A stretch of DNA of 64,000 nucleotides, from positions 72,070 through 136,069 of the forward strand of contig NIVC01003789.1 of assembly GCA_002269645.1 (NCBI GenBank), in the 5' to 3' direction. Below the pieces are notes generated by a model. It was given only the letters and a program-made list of their open reading frames with translations. It made no database searches and was not told the DNA's origin. The translations under genes were made by a program, and so were the position numbers. This DNA is from Macrostomum lignano (taxonomy: Eukaryota). Below, in pieces: positions 13,001 through 23,597 of the stretch (position 1 is the stretch's first letter; each line of letters begins with the position of its first letter).

Positions 13001-14758
13001 AGTTTCTGATTGGTTAGGTGAGAGGCTGCCCAAGGACTTCTAGACTAGCTAGTCTAGCTTGAGGCTGCCTAGACTTGCTAGATTGGGTGATTCCTTATCT
13101 GTCCCCTGTTTCAGTAGCTGGATTAGGCGCACACTTTTGCTCATTTTGTTCAGTAGTGCTGTAATCGAGGCAGAAGTCATTCAATAATACTGCTAGTAGT
13201 CTAAAACTCCAATTCAATCTGAAGTGTGAAGTGATCTAAGGAGAAGGTTAAATCTAACAGTTATTTTTATCGGTTTTATTCCTTTGTTCGCCGATGGCTC
13301 AGATGAATAGCTAAGCTAGTAGGCGCCGGTCACAGTGGACCAATGGCAAGGCAGTTCTCAATCGATCAATCTATCAAATAAGTTAGCGAAACTGCCAGTA
13401 GTGCAGAATCGGCGCCAGAGATGTTCTTTGTGCACTCTAAGTTCGCCAAGCGGCTCGGGTAATGAATCATGCGGTCTCTGAAGTTCGAGTTAGTCTATCA
13501 TCAGCGCTATGAGAAGCTAGTTGGCGCGTTGAAGGCCAGAAGTACAATTCCTCGTATTTAGCAATGTAATAGTACATGTAGCTACCCCATAGTCTCGCCA
13601 CTGCAAGAATACCCTGCACAAGTCCCCTATGTACCTGCATGGCCAATGCGATCTAGTCCCAGCAGTGTCCCTTATCATCGGCTATGACTTCGAGATTGAC
13701 AGCAAAAAGACACTAGTTGGCAGGTAAGTGCAAAGCCCCTTCTAGTCGGAAGCCCGATTTCGAGAGTCCCGGTGTGGTGAGCCAGGATATACGGGCTGGT
13801 GGCAGCGAGTTAGCTAATCTGCGGATTAACTAATTTCTACCTTCAAAATTCTCCCTGCTTGTCTCTCGCTGTCCCTCTCTTAGCTATAGGACCTAGACTG
13901 CTCGCCACACGATCAAGCTACCATGGGCTGACCATCTGACAGGAGTGGGGGGCCGGGACTCTAATTGATTTATTTCTGAGACCTGAGGCCTGAAGGCTTC
14001 CCCAAATGGGGGCCGGAAGGTCGAAACCCATCAAATTCCCCTCGCACCACCGTTCGACGTAAACAATGCCAGTGAGGCCGCGAAAAGAGCGGCCGGAGTC
14101 CAGCGCCGGAACGCTATCGCCGACATCATGTTCAGGCATGGGCCATGACAAACTGCGTCGCTATCCGTACTGACTTACCTCATGCTGCTTACGTTTGCTG
14201 TTTTTTCATATTTGTCTAAAACTTGATAAAGCCACGTTAAAGCGAGCGTTAAAGTGTCAACCCCAGCCTGTATATGGACATTCAATGTTATCCTGCCGAG
14301 TGCGTTAATGTGGGCCATAGAGAGTGCGTGAATGCGGTTGCGGCCATAGACAAAAAGAGTAACTATGTTTTATCATAGAACTTGAAACATAGAGGAGATT
14401 GAATACATGTATATTATGACTGAAGGTGGTGTATACGACAATTGCAAACCAAGCAATTATATAGAAAAAGAGTAATAGCACAATTGCGGCAGTGTGCGTA
14501 GCATAATTCCCTTTAAAGAGTATATAGATATAGATATGTATATGTACCTGTAGCTGGTACTTATAAAAATGGCTGGCTGGCTGGCTGGCTGGCTGGAAGG
14601 CTAGTGGCTATATTTTCAGGAAATTGTGCTTAGCATAATTCCTAAATAGTGCGCGACATACCAGCTAGATAGATAGCAAGCAGCAAGTAAAAATTATCAA
14701 TATGCAATTGCACAGCTATTTCAATATAGTTATAAATGCCATGCAACATTGAGCGCTA

Positions 14759-14796
14759 GAAATAGTGCTTGGCACCTCGGTGCCAAGCACTATTTC
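14759..14796. other. Perfect 18-bp inverted repeat (hairpin) with a 2-nt loop
   Basis: gaaatagtgcttggcacc-tc-ggtgccaagcactatttc. Confidence 0.95.
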
Positions 14797-15194
14797 AAAG
14801 CGCTTTGAACCCTTCAACCTGCAGCCATGTCCAACCAACCAGCCGACGAAGTAGTAGCTACTGCTAATATTAAAACCAACACTATACGACTATAGTCTAA
14901 TAAACGCTAGGAAAAATGTTATAACAATGGGCACGTAAACAATAAGAGAAAGGGATAGAACGCATAACAACGCGCGCAATATGAGGCGCAGATGCATTGT
15001 AATTATGAGATGAAAATATTGAAAAATATTGGGGCCAACATACATATAAAGGAGAGATGAGACAGTTACAACAAAAAAGAGAATCATCTACATTTCACTA
15101 TTACTAATTAATTCAGTTATGTTAATAGCAGCACTTATTAATTAATTAATTTACCTCAAGAGACACTCTAAGTTTGCATAAAAATTTGCAGCAA

Positions 15195-15365
15195 TGGTAA
15201 AGCGCACATTTACTAGATTTCATATAATGGTAAAGCGGTATTTAAAGTTTTAACGTTGTGGTAAAGCGGCCAACAGTTGAAATTTGCAGACAATGGTAAA
15301 GCGGTACTATTTAAGTTTAAACGTTGTGGTAAAGCGGCAAACAGTTAAAATGGTAAAGAGGCGGT
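15195..15365 (+). repeat. Array of six TGGTAAAG(C/A)G motifs overlapping the YR 3' end
   Basis: Copies at about 15195, 15228, 15259, 15294, 15327 and 15351, with a ~67-bp higher-order duplication. Confidence 0.9.
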
Positions 15366-17845
15366 AGACGCGCAGCATGCCTTGAAATTGATGCTTGGCA
15401 CCTACCCACAATGTCCTGCTTGGAGCTCCGAAAAATATTCGGGCAGACGCCGGAACGACCGAGTATAGCTTTGGCATGATCGACAACCGCCTGGCTGAAG
15501 GTGGAAATGGACATCCGCTCACCTCGGTTGGTGCACAGCACAAACGGCGAGTTGGCGACGCCGACCATGTCGTTGCAATGACGGCCGTTTCGCCAGGTGA
15601 GCAGCAGCTCAATGAATGCGGTCGGCACTGTGAGAACGCTGCAGCCGACAGACTTTATTTTCTTATGGCTGACCTGGCGACCAGGCAGCCGGATGGTCGA
15701 ATAGCCGTTGTCATGATTGTCGCGCCGACTGGCGCTACCCGGCCGGATGTGCGCTATGCGGAGACCGCGCCATGGCCGGACGCGCAGCGGATGCATCGCA
15801 GTGGCATGCAGAGCAAATCGATTGCGCATCTTAACAAAGCTGTCCTCGTCGGCTGGACCAGAGGCGACCAGTGCGGCGTAGTCGTCCAGGATGGTGCGCC
15901 ACTCCACCGGGGTTAACAGCTTCTCTTTCTTTCTGTCGTGGTGCAGCGGCGCATCCAGCCTATACTCAAGGTCGTGCGCTGGCGAATAGTTTTGAGCCGC
16001 TACTGAAACAGCTTGCACCTGTTTTCCAGCTCGGCTGCAATGTCGGCCGGCAGTTGCATGCGCTCCACCAGCGATTGAAGATGCGCGCGGTCGTGCTCAA
16101 CGTAGGCTTGCATGTACTGCATGCATTTTATTAGCGCTTGCGCCCTGTTTCTAACTGTGCCGGAGCTATTGCTGGTGGCTCGAACCTCCGTTGCGGCGGT
16201 CGTTGGGTTGGCTAAGCAACAGACTAAATCTCGCGGCCTCGACGACTGGACAGCTCTTGTCGGCGGCGCCGGCTGCTGCTGCTGCTGCTGCTGTCATCTT
16301 TGAGCAGACCGACAAGATCAGCAAAAAGGTGTCAATGAGAGCGTCAAGATGGCCGTCATGGGCTGGGTTGCGCACGCCTGTTGCATCGTTCCAATACAAT
16401 GACTGGATTACACGCAGCTGCTTTATCAGCGGAGCATCGGCCGAATACTGCGCCAATAGCGAAGAATGCCGCAGTGTAATCACAGCCAAGGCATCACGCG
16501 CCGCGATCGCCTCCTTGGCTGACATGGTCGTCGTCTTTGTCGTCGTCTCCGCTGCACCGCCGACGCTGACTGCCGCAGTCGAAGACGCGCTTGTCGCCGC
16601 CGTCACCGCCGCTACACCGCTGGCACCCGCCGCGATCGCCTTCTCGGCTGACATGGTCGCCGACGCCGCCGCCGCTGCACCGCCGCTGCTTACTGCCGCT
16701 GCCACAGTCGAAGACGCGCTTGCCGCCGCAGACGCCGCCTCCGTTGCTGCACCGCTGGCACTGTCATTGTCGTTGACGATGTTGACGGGTTGATCACCAG
16801 ATGGCATAATGACGTGGTGGCAGAATATTCTGTCAACTTAGCGCCGGCGGCGACCAGTTTTGCGTGCTTAGCGGCATGTTTCGTTGCGTCTCGGTAATAG
16901 CAACGACAGTCAGCGCAGTAGGTCTCGCGACGGACTCTCTTGACGCTGACGCTGCTACTACTGGCACTGCTGCGGTCTCCTGTTGGGCGCAAAATCAGGC
17001 TTCGCCACAACCAGGTAGTGCGCCTGTCCAGCGTCCAGTCGTCTGTCGTCGCGTCGTCGCCGCCATCGCCTACCGGCTGCTCCTTGATCCATGAGACATG
17101 TTTCGCCGCAAAGTGAGTCTTCAGGGCGTCGACACGCATCACGGCGGTGCAGTCCGGCACAGGGCATTTTCGAGCGTAGCGGATATTTCTGTTCTGGTTC
17201 GGCTTCTCGACAACCGACGGCGGCGGGGCATCTGCAGCAGTGGCGGCGGTGGTGTCGAAGCCAGCAGCTGCCGAAGACTCGCTTGCAGCGCTTTCTGTGT
17301 GTGTGCGGATGGATTGTGTATTGATATCGAAATCAGTTTTTGCTGCTTCAAATGCTGCTTCTTATTTAATAATAACTCCTATAATCAAAAACTAAAAACT
17401 ACAAAACCTGTTGCTGCTGCTGGAGGAGACAAAACAGCTGTTGATGCTGATGACCGCCGCATGCCAGGAGAATTAGACATCACGGCCGAGTATTGGACGG
17501 GCCGAAAGCTGATAGGTCGCCGCTGTCTGCAGTGGTATTAAATGCAAAGTGAGATCGTCTTTTGTAAATTTAGGAAGGTCAACTTAACGGAGCCTAACCG
17601 ACAGAGTAGCTTAGCTTATTAGAGAAAAATTGGAATAACTCTTCTTCTTTAAATCACATAGATCGTTAACAATCACCTGATACTGCTGCTGCTGCTGCTG
17701 CTGCTGCTGCGCTCGCTTCGTCACAACACAGGTCTGCTGCTGCTAATTCTTCAGCTTGATGGTGATCACTAGAGTGATGCGGAGGAGCTTCGAAATCGTT
17801 GCCGTAGCCGTCGCCGAAGAGGAGCCGCAGCAAACTGTCAAACAT
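15317..17845 (-). CDS. Tyrosine recombinase with N-terminal C2H2 zinc fingers and Ala-rich linker; fragmented by frameshifts, a stop and probable introns
   Basis: KCPVPDCTAVMRVDALKTHFAAKH and YCADCRCYYRDATKHAAKH fingers; core-binding-like SSGTVRNRAQALIKCMQY; catalytic-domain pattern MRNRFAL..MHPLRVRPWRGL (Arg), VSHKK (Lys), FVLCTNRGERM and PNIFR (H-x-x-R box with Asn). Putative first exon 17845-17677 ends at a GT donor. Confidence 0.7.
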
Positions 17846-19547
17846 GATTTTATACGATTCCTTTATTATTACAGTCTTGAGCCTCTATAGAAAGAGCTGA
17901 GAGCTAATTGGCTAAGCTTTGTGAATTAATTACTCTGTTTGGCTCAGTCAAGCTATTTTAAAAATTTAACTCCTTTTTCTTAACCTTTTATAAAGATAGT
18001 CTGAGAGAAGCTGGGACGAGAGGAATGGCCATAGACAAAATATTCCAGTGTCTAAGGCCCACCTCAGTGACACCGCTTTAACGCAATTCAAAGCCCAGTC
18101 TGTACAAGCTGACGGTTTATAGACCGATCGATCGATAATTTGGTTGGCCATAGACAGTTGCAGAAGATCTAAACTCAGAAAACCTCCCGTGTACAGGCTA
18201 AATCTTTAACACTGCCGCCGATTGCCGATTCTATTATAATGTATAGACTAGACTAATAATGGCTAATACAATTAAAGGCAGACAGGATTAAAATAACCAA
18301 AGCTGCAAATCCCATACAGTTATTCATTCGTCAAAAGATGACACAACAACTTTATGAAATTGAAAATTGATAATTTAAAAACATTGCTGAATATATGGAT
18401 GGTCAGAATGTTGAAATGTGAAATTGTAGATACGCAGCAAAAACTGCAACAAAACTGGTTTCAACAACAACAGAGAAAAGCAGAAGAAACAACCATCAAT
18501 CTGAATATAGAAAATCAATCGATCAATCTTGTAAAAACAAATCCACTTCCGGATTGCAACACCGTCAGTCCAAGTCATTAAATGTGTGAGTGCGTGCAGC
18601 CAAAGCTGTTGCCACACTACCCTTCTGTTAAGATGATAGAAAAAAATGTCTATTATATTTTTAGGCAATTCTGCTTGGCACAAATCCGAAATTGTGCTAA
18701 AGACCTATACGACCAGTCATTTTACGGCACTTGACTAGCATAATTGCGTCCCAATGCTTGGCATAATTCCTATAAAATAGTATACTTATATATCGGGGGC
18801 TATATCTGCATGCACAATATTAATTGTTTGCCGATAACTGTCGTCGCAGTCAATATGCATTTCACTGCTTTTATTTGCATTTGATGTAATCTATTTTAGG
18901 GCTACACTGCCTCTACATCACTGCTGTCTTTGATTTTGCGATTTAGTAGTAGCGATACTATTAGTCAGATAGAAGCACAAACCGCAGCTGCTGCTATTGA
19001 GACATCTATCTATCTTGATTGACAGGGAGGGAGCTGCTAACATGCTGCTGGCTGATGCAAACACACACAATATTAAAAAGATAGAACAGAACAAAAACTT
19101 GAATGCTGAAACAATTAAAGAGCCGCAGCTCATATCGTATTCAACTAATAAAACTAGCTAATCCACTCTAGCCCTCCCTAACCGAGTATAATTATTTGTT
19201 AGATTTTAGATGCAACAACATTCGTTACCTGTGTGTGTGCTTGCGTGCGTGCGCTTTACCTTTTTTGCGACTGATGGACCTAGCGTGCGCCACCAATAAC
19301 TTGTTTAACAACAACAACAACAACAACGTCTTTGATTTAGTAAATCTATTTTTGTAACTATGACAATTAACCTACTGCATAATCTTAGATGGGATTCTAA
19401 TTTTGAGAAATTTTTGTGCTTCCGCTTATACCTAATCTGTTATAGTCAACTTAAATTTTTTGATTCAGCATTCTTTTAATTAGTCTTTTTGGTCTATTGG
19501 CGGCGGCGGCGGCATCATCAGCGAACCCCAGCTAGCTGCCTGGCGAC

Positions 19548-21904
19548 CTAGACGTTGGCGGCGGCGTCCGCGGAGCCTTCCTGCTGGCAGCCAATGCATT
19601 CAAAGACGTTGTGCTCCATATGGAAGCACCTTCCACTGGCGGAAACGCGCCGCACAAAGTCAACTGGCAATTCTGCTGGCGGCACATGGCCCGCAAATAT
19701 GATACTGCCGACCCATTCGCTCTGCACATGGGCCTTGTGCTTTGCGTTTATGACAAATTTATCCCTATTCATGAGCAGCAGAAGCTGGCCCTTTGCCGCC
19801 TGTACCGGCTGCAGTTCGTCAAAGAATAGGCACTTGTGTATGCCTAATTTTAATCCGTCGAACGGAAAGGCTTCGGAGAGGTCCGGCGCGTAGACAGTCT
19901 CTCGGCCGAAATGTAAGCCGACCATCGCCGACTTGCCCACTCCACTGGGGCCCCACAAATAAATTATTGCTGGAACAGCCAGTCCTTGTCGCATGGCTGT
20001 GTAAATTTCACGCTGTATTGCACAGGCGCCACCAAGCGACAGTCTGTGTGTTGTTGTTGCTACGCAACGACGCCGCATTTAATGTCGCCTTCGACGCCAC
20101 GACAGCTGGCAATTGGCAGACGCCGCACATGCTTGGCCGTACCAGATTGGCCGGCATGGGGCTGATGCCTAGCTCCTCCGCCCGGATGCGGCGCATCATC
20201 TGGACAGAGCTGAAATAGTCCAGCGCCTTCTAAGCAACAACGGATTGCCGCACACTAGCTGCGGATCGTCGGGCCTCGGCTGCATACAGCCCAAAGGGTA
20301 GGACATGGCCCACCGATACAACAACACATTCCTGGACAGGCAGCCGTCGTCAATGTCCGTGACGGCTGCTGTCGGGTCGTTAAGTGTCACGCGGCGTATC
20401 TCCGCGTTTGCACTCCGTGCACTCCGGATCTCAGCGTTTGTCCACCCTTTAACGGCGAACGCGTCCTCGCTGGACCCCGACGCAAACAGGCTGCGCAGTC
20501 TGCCTATCAGATCTACTGTGCTATGTAGAGCATTGGTGCGGACAAAGACTAGCACAGACTTGGTGCCAGCTATTGGACAGCTGGCAGTCGGGGCGTATGG
20601 GTCAACCATATGGGTTGGAGATAGGATAAATTCATTCTCCGCTAAGCCTATAGTTTTAGCATTATTTAAGTCAATGTTGTTGTTGTTGTTGTTTTTAATT
20701 ATTGGTTGGTTTGGCAATTTTAGTTTTTTGTCGGGGATGGGGTGGGTGTGTGATTAATTTAAAATGGTGCGCAAAAAATCGCAATAATACTCAGCTACAT
20801 GATTGTTTTTTCTACCAAACCAAGATACATGCATGCAAAATATGTATGTATATGAAAGCGTTTTTACTCACCAATTGCCAGTTGTGCCGCGTAACTGTTG
20901 CTCCATGCGCTGTTCAGCAGCATCTTGAATTGCGGCGCGTTGCGGACATGGGAGAGCTGGACAACGGACATTGCCCGGAATGCCCTTCGGCTTGTCTCGG
21001 CCGCGGCGGTGACGCTCCGGGAAACAGCCTCGGCCGGATGCAGTGGCACGCGTGGCGCCAGGAGCCGCGATGTGGTGCACTTTGGTTGCTGTTGCTGCTG
21101 CCGATGGTCGTCCTGCTGTACACCCAGTGCCGATGCAGCGTCATCGGCATCAGACGACAAACTGTTATTGGCGCCGTCGTATCCAGCTGTTGCCTCATGG
21201 GCGGCCGCAGCCATCGAATATACTGCTGCTGGTTCTGTCGCAGGCGACAGCGGATGCGGAGCTTTGAATATAGGTTCAGCAGCATAACTTGAAGCAGCAG
21301 CAGCTTGTCGACGTTGGTCGCTGGTAAACAACGAGTATGATTTAACGGACGGTGACGGAGTCCTTGAAGCCGCAAAAGCGAATCGAGCCGCTGTCGTCGA
21401 TCCCGCAGGTTGGGCGAAGGCGAAAGGCCTGACTCCGACTGCCGCCCCGATGATGCGCGGCTGCCGTTTCAGTGCTGGCTTTGGTACTGTTGACGACGCT
21501 CCACTATTGCTGGAGGCAGCGGCGGCGTCCCTATCGGTGGCGATGCACTGCACCTTGGCCGCCGGAGACTGATGTTGCTGTTGTTGGCTCGGCAGTTCGC
21601 GTTTCAACGATTGTTGAGAGTGCATCTGTGCCGGTTATGTCTTGTAGGCAGAGCGAATCGGCGTGTCAGCATCGTCGTCGTCGCTGTCCGGGACGACGAT
21701 GCCCGTAATGGTGCAATCGGCATCGACGTCAGCGTCGTTGGTATTCAGCGCCGGTGGCGGCGATGAAGCTGGGGTGTCTGCGGCGAACAGAGATGCCGCC
21801 TCCAGTTCGGCGAACGCCTCCAGTTCGGCCTCTTCGCAGGCAGCCAGTAGATCATCGTCTAACACAAAGTCGTCATCATCGTCAGGAAAATTGTTGGTTG
21901 CCAT
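19548..21904 (-). CDS. CRESS-type Rep-like protein: acidic/low-complexity N-terminus, degenerate HUH-like domain, SF3 helicase
   Basis: Exon 21904-20872 (one in-frame TAA at 21635-21637), in-frame GT-AG intron 20871-20648, exon 20647-19548 with two frameshifts; Walker A GPSGVGKS (~19952-19929), Walker B LFFDE, B' LLLLMNRDKFVINAKHK, motif C IIFAGH, Arg finger FVRR. Confidence 0.8.
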
Positions 21905-23009
21905 TATTCGCGATGAAGCTGACTACAGAGCTGGAACGGCGGGCTGTCTTTTAATGGATGGATCATTATTATGCCTTGCACACTGTTTTCTGTTCCTGCT
22001 TTTCTTTCTTTCTTTCTTTTTCGGGTCACGGACATTGTAGCTAGACGTAGCTAATAGGACCGGGGGCGTAGCCCCATGCAGCCGGGGCGCTGACCCTGCG
22101 CGGGCGGGCAGTAGACGGCGGAATCCAATTTGCGGCCTGCGGCGGGTGGCCAGAGAGCGTGGGGACCCGAGTCCCGGTGCGCAGGGCTCCTCCGCAGACC
22201 GACTTACGCTGTAAAAACCGCCATCCACCGCCAACCCAACGTTGGGGGACAGCTCTCCCAGGCTGCATACCCGGAGGTGAGACCAATTCGTCACCCCGTC
22301 GATGGCAGGGACGCACGGAGCTCCTGCCACATTGGCGGGGTGTCCAGGGGCGCGACGTGGACGCTGGTCTCGTGCCACCCTCTGTTCCTGCTGCTGCTGC
22401 TGCTGATGCGATATACATTAAGGAAAAAGTGCTGCTAGGCTATAGCTACTGATTATTTGTCTATGGTAGAAAGACTCAGTTTGAGACTAGCTAAAGCAAT
22501 ATATATATATTTTTTAAGGGAAAAATGCTAGGCACAGCTGCCGCGTTGTGCTATTAATAACATTTTTATACTAGGTAGTCTATGGCATGGCGTGTGAGTA
22601 GTGACTGACTGCCGCATTAACGCACTCTACCGCTTTAACACACTCGATATCGCTTTCACGCAGGAGCCGAATTAACGTAGCCGCGTTAACGCAATTTTTA
22701 CCGCTTACACTCAGAAGCATATTTGTCAACGTTTGTTTAAAGCTTCCTAACTAGGTAAACTAATTGTAAGGTATAGCAATCTGACCCTAACCTGCCTAAT
22801 AATATTACCGTTAGTAAATAACAACTGTGTTTTACGTTTGTTATGACAACAATAAACGTTTACCGTTTTTTCTTACTTGTCGTCGTATATTTAAAGCATC
22901 GTAACCACGTAAACTAATTGTAAAGTAACAATTTGACTGTAACGTAAGTAACAATATTAACAATAACAAGTAACAAGCGTGCTTAGCAGTCCGAAAACCT
23001 ATAATAATC

Positions 23010-23520
23010 TTTATATTGGCCCCTAAAGTTGCATATACGAAGCAGACGCATCCCGGAAGTCGCTTGTGTGCTGTTGCATCTGCGACTGTCGTTGGTAGGC
23101 CTCCCGTTCCAGCTCGCGCCGTTTCTTCGTACGAAAATACCTGAGCTGCTCGAGTAGCAGCATTTGCTGAAGCTCTCGGCATTGCTCAGTCCTATCGTCT
23201 CAGTCGTCTCGTTGGTGACTCGTCACGGCGCGGATGCTCTCGCAGACTGCTGCCGTGATTGAACGCTCGCAGGCGTCGAGGGTTGGCGATCAGACTCCTC
23301 GCTGCTCGGGCTGGGTCTCGGAGGGTGTCTGTGGTTCATCGTCGTCAGCAAGTTGTGATGCAACCCCACACACACGAGCGCCAGGGACCTTGGAAAAAAC
23401 TGGGTTTTCCTCGATGTTGAAAAACTGTAGCATGGATTCTTCCCACTTCTTCAGAACAATCTTTTTATTTCCGGTCTTCTTCAAGTCCGTCTGCTTTCAG
23501 CCGTATACAATATACGAGCT
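23010..23520 (-). pseudogene. C-terminal half of a Myb/SANT-like (Harbinger accessory/MSANTD-type) protein
   Basis: LKKTGNKKIVLKKWEESMLQFFNIEENPVFSKVPGA then, across frameshifts, ELQQMLLLEQLRYFR; the SANT domain itself is not seen. Confidence 0.45.
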
Positions 23521-23597
23521 ATGCTAGAAATTAGCTAAATTAATATTACTACAGGACGAAAATACAACAGTTTCGTAGCTTCAGAGTTGATAGAAAA

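Larger units (their letters stand above)
14207..22727 (-). mobile_element. Candidate ~8.5-kb tyrosine-recombinase DNA element carrying a Rep/SF3-helicase gene
   Basis: 10-bp direct repeat CATATTTGTC at 14207-14216 and 22718-22727; inward-facing GCGTTAA(A/T/C)GCGG arrays just inside both; YR and Rep genes co-oriented on the minus strand. Confidence 0.6.

Noticed and set aside
12560-13810. LTR ending at a tRNA-Leu-type PBS (TGGTGGCAGCG, ~13797)
   Set aside because: There is no CA terminus before the PBS, no second LTR and no recognisable gag downstream; left unannotated.
14207-22727. Assignment to Polinton/PLV, Helitron or DIRS
   Set aside because: No protein-primed polymerase, capsid, packaging ATPase, PIF1 helicase or RT is visible within the bounds.
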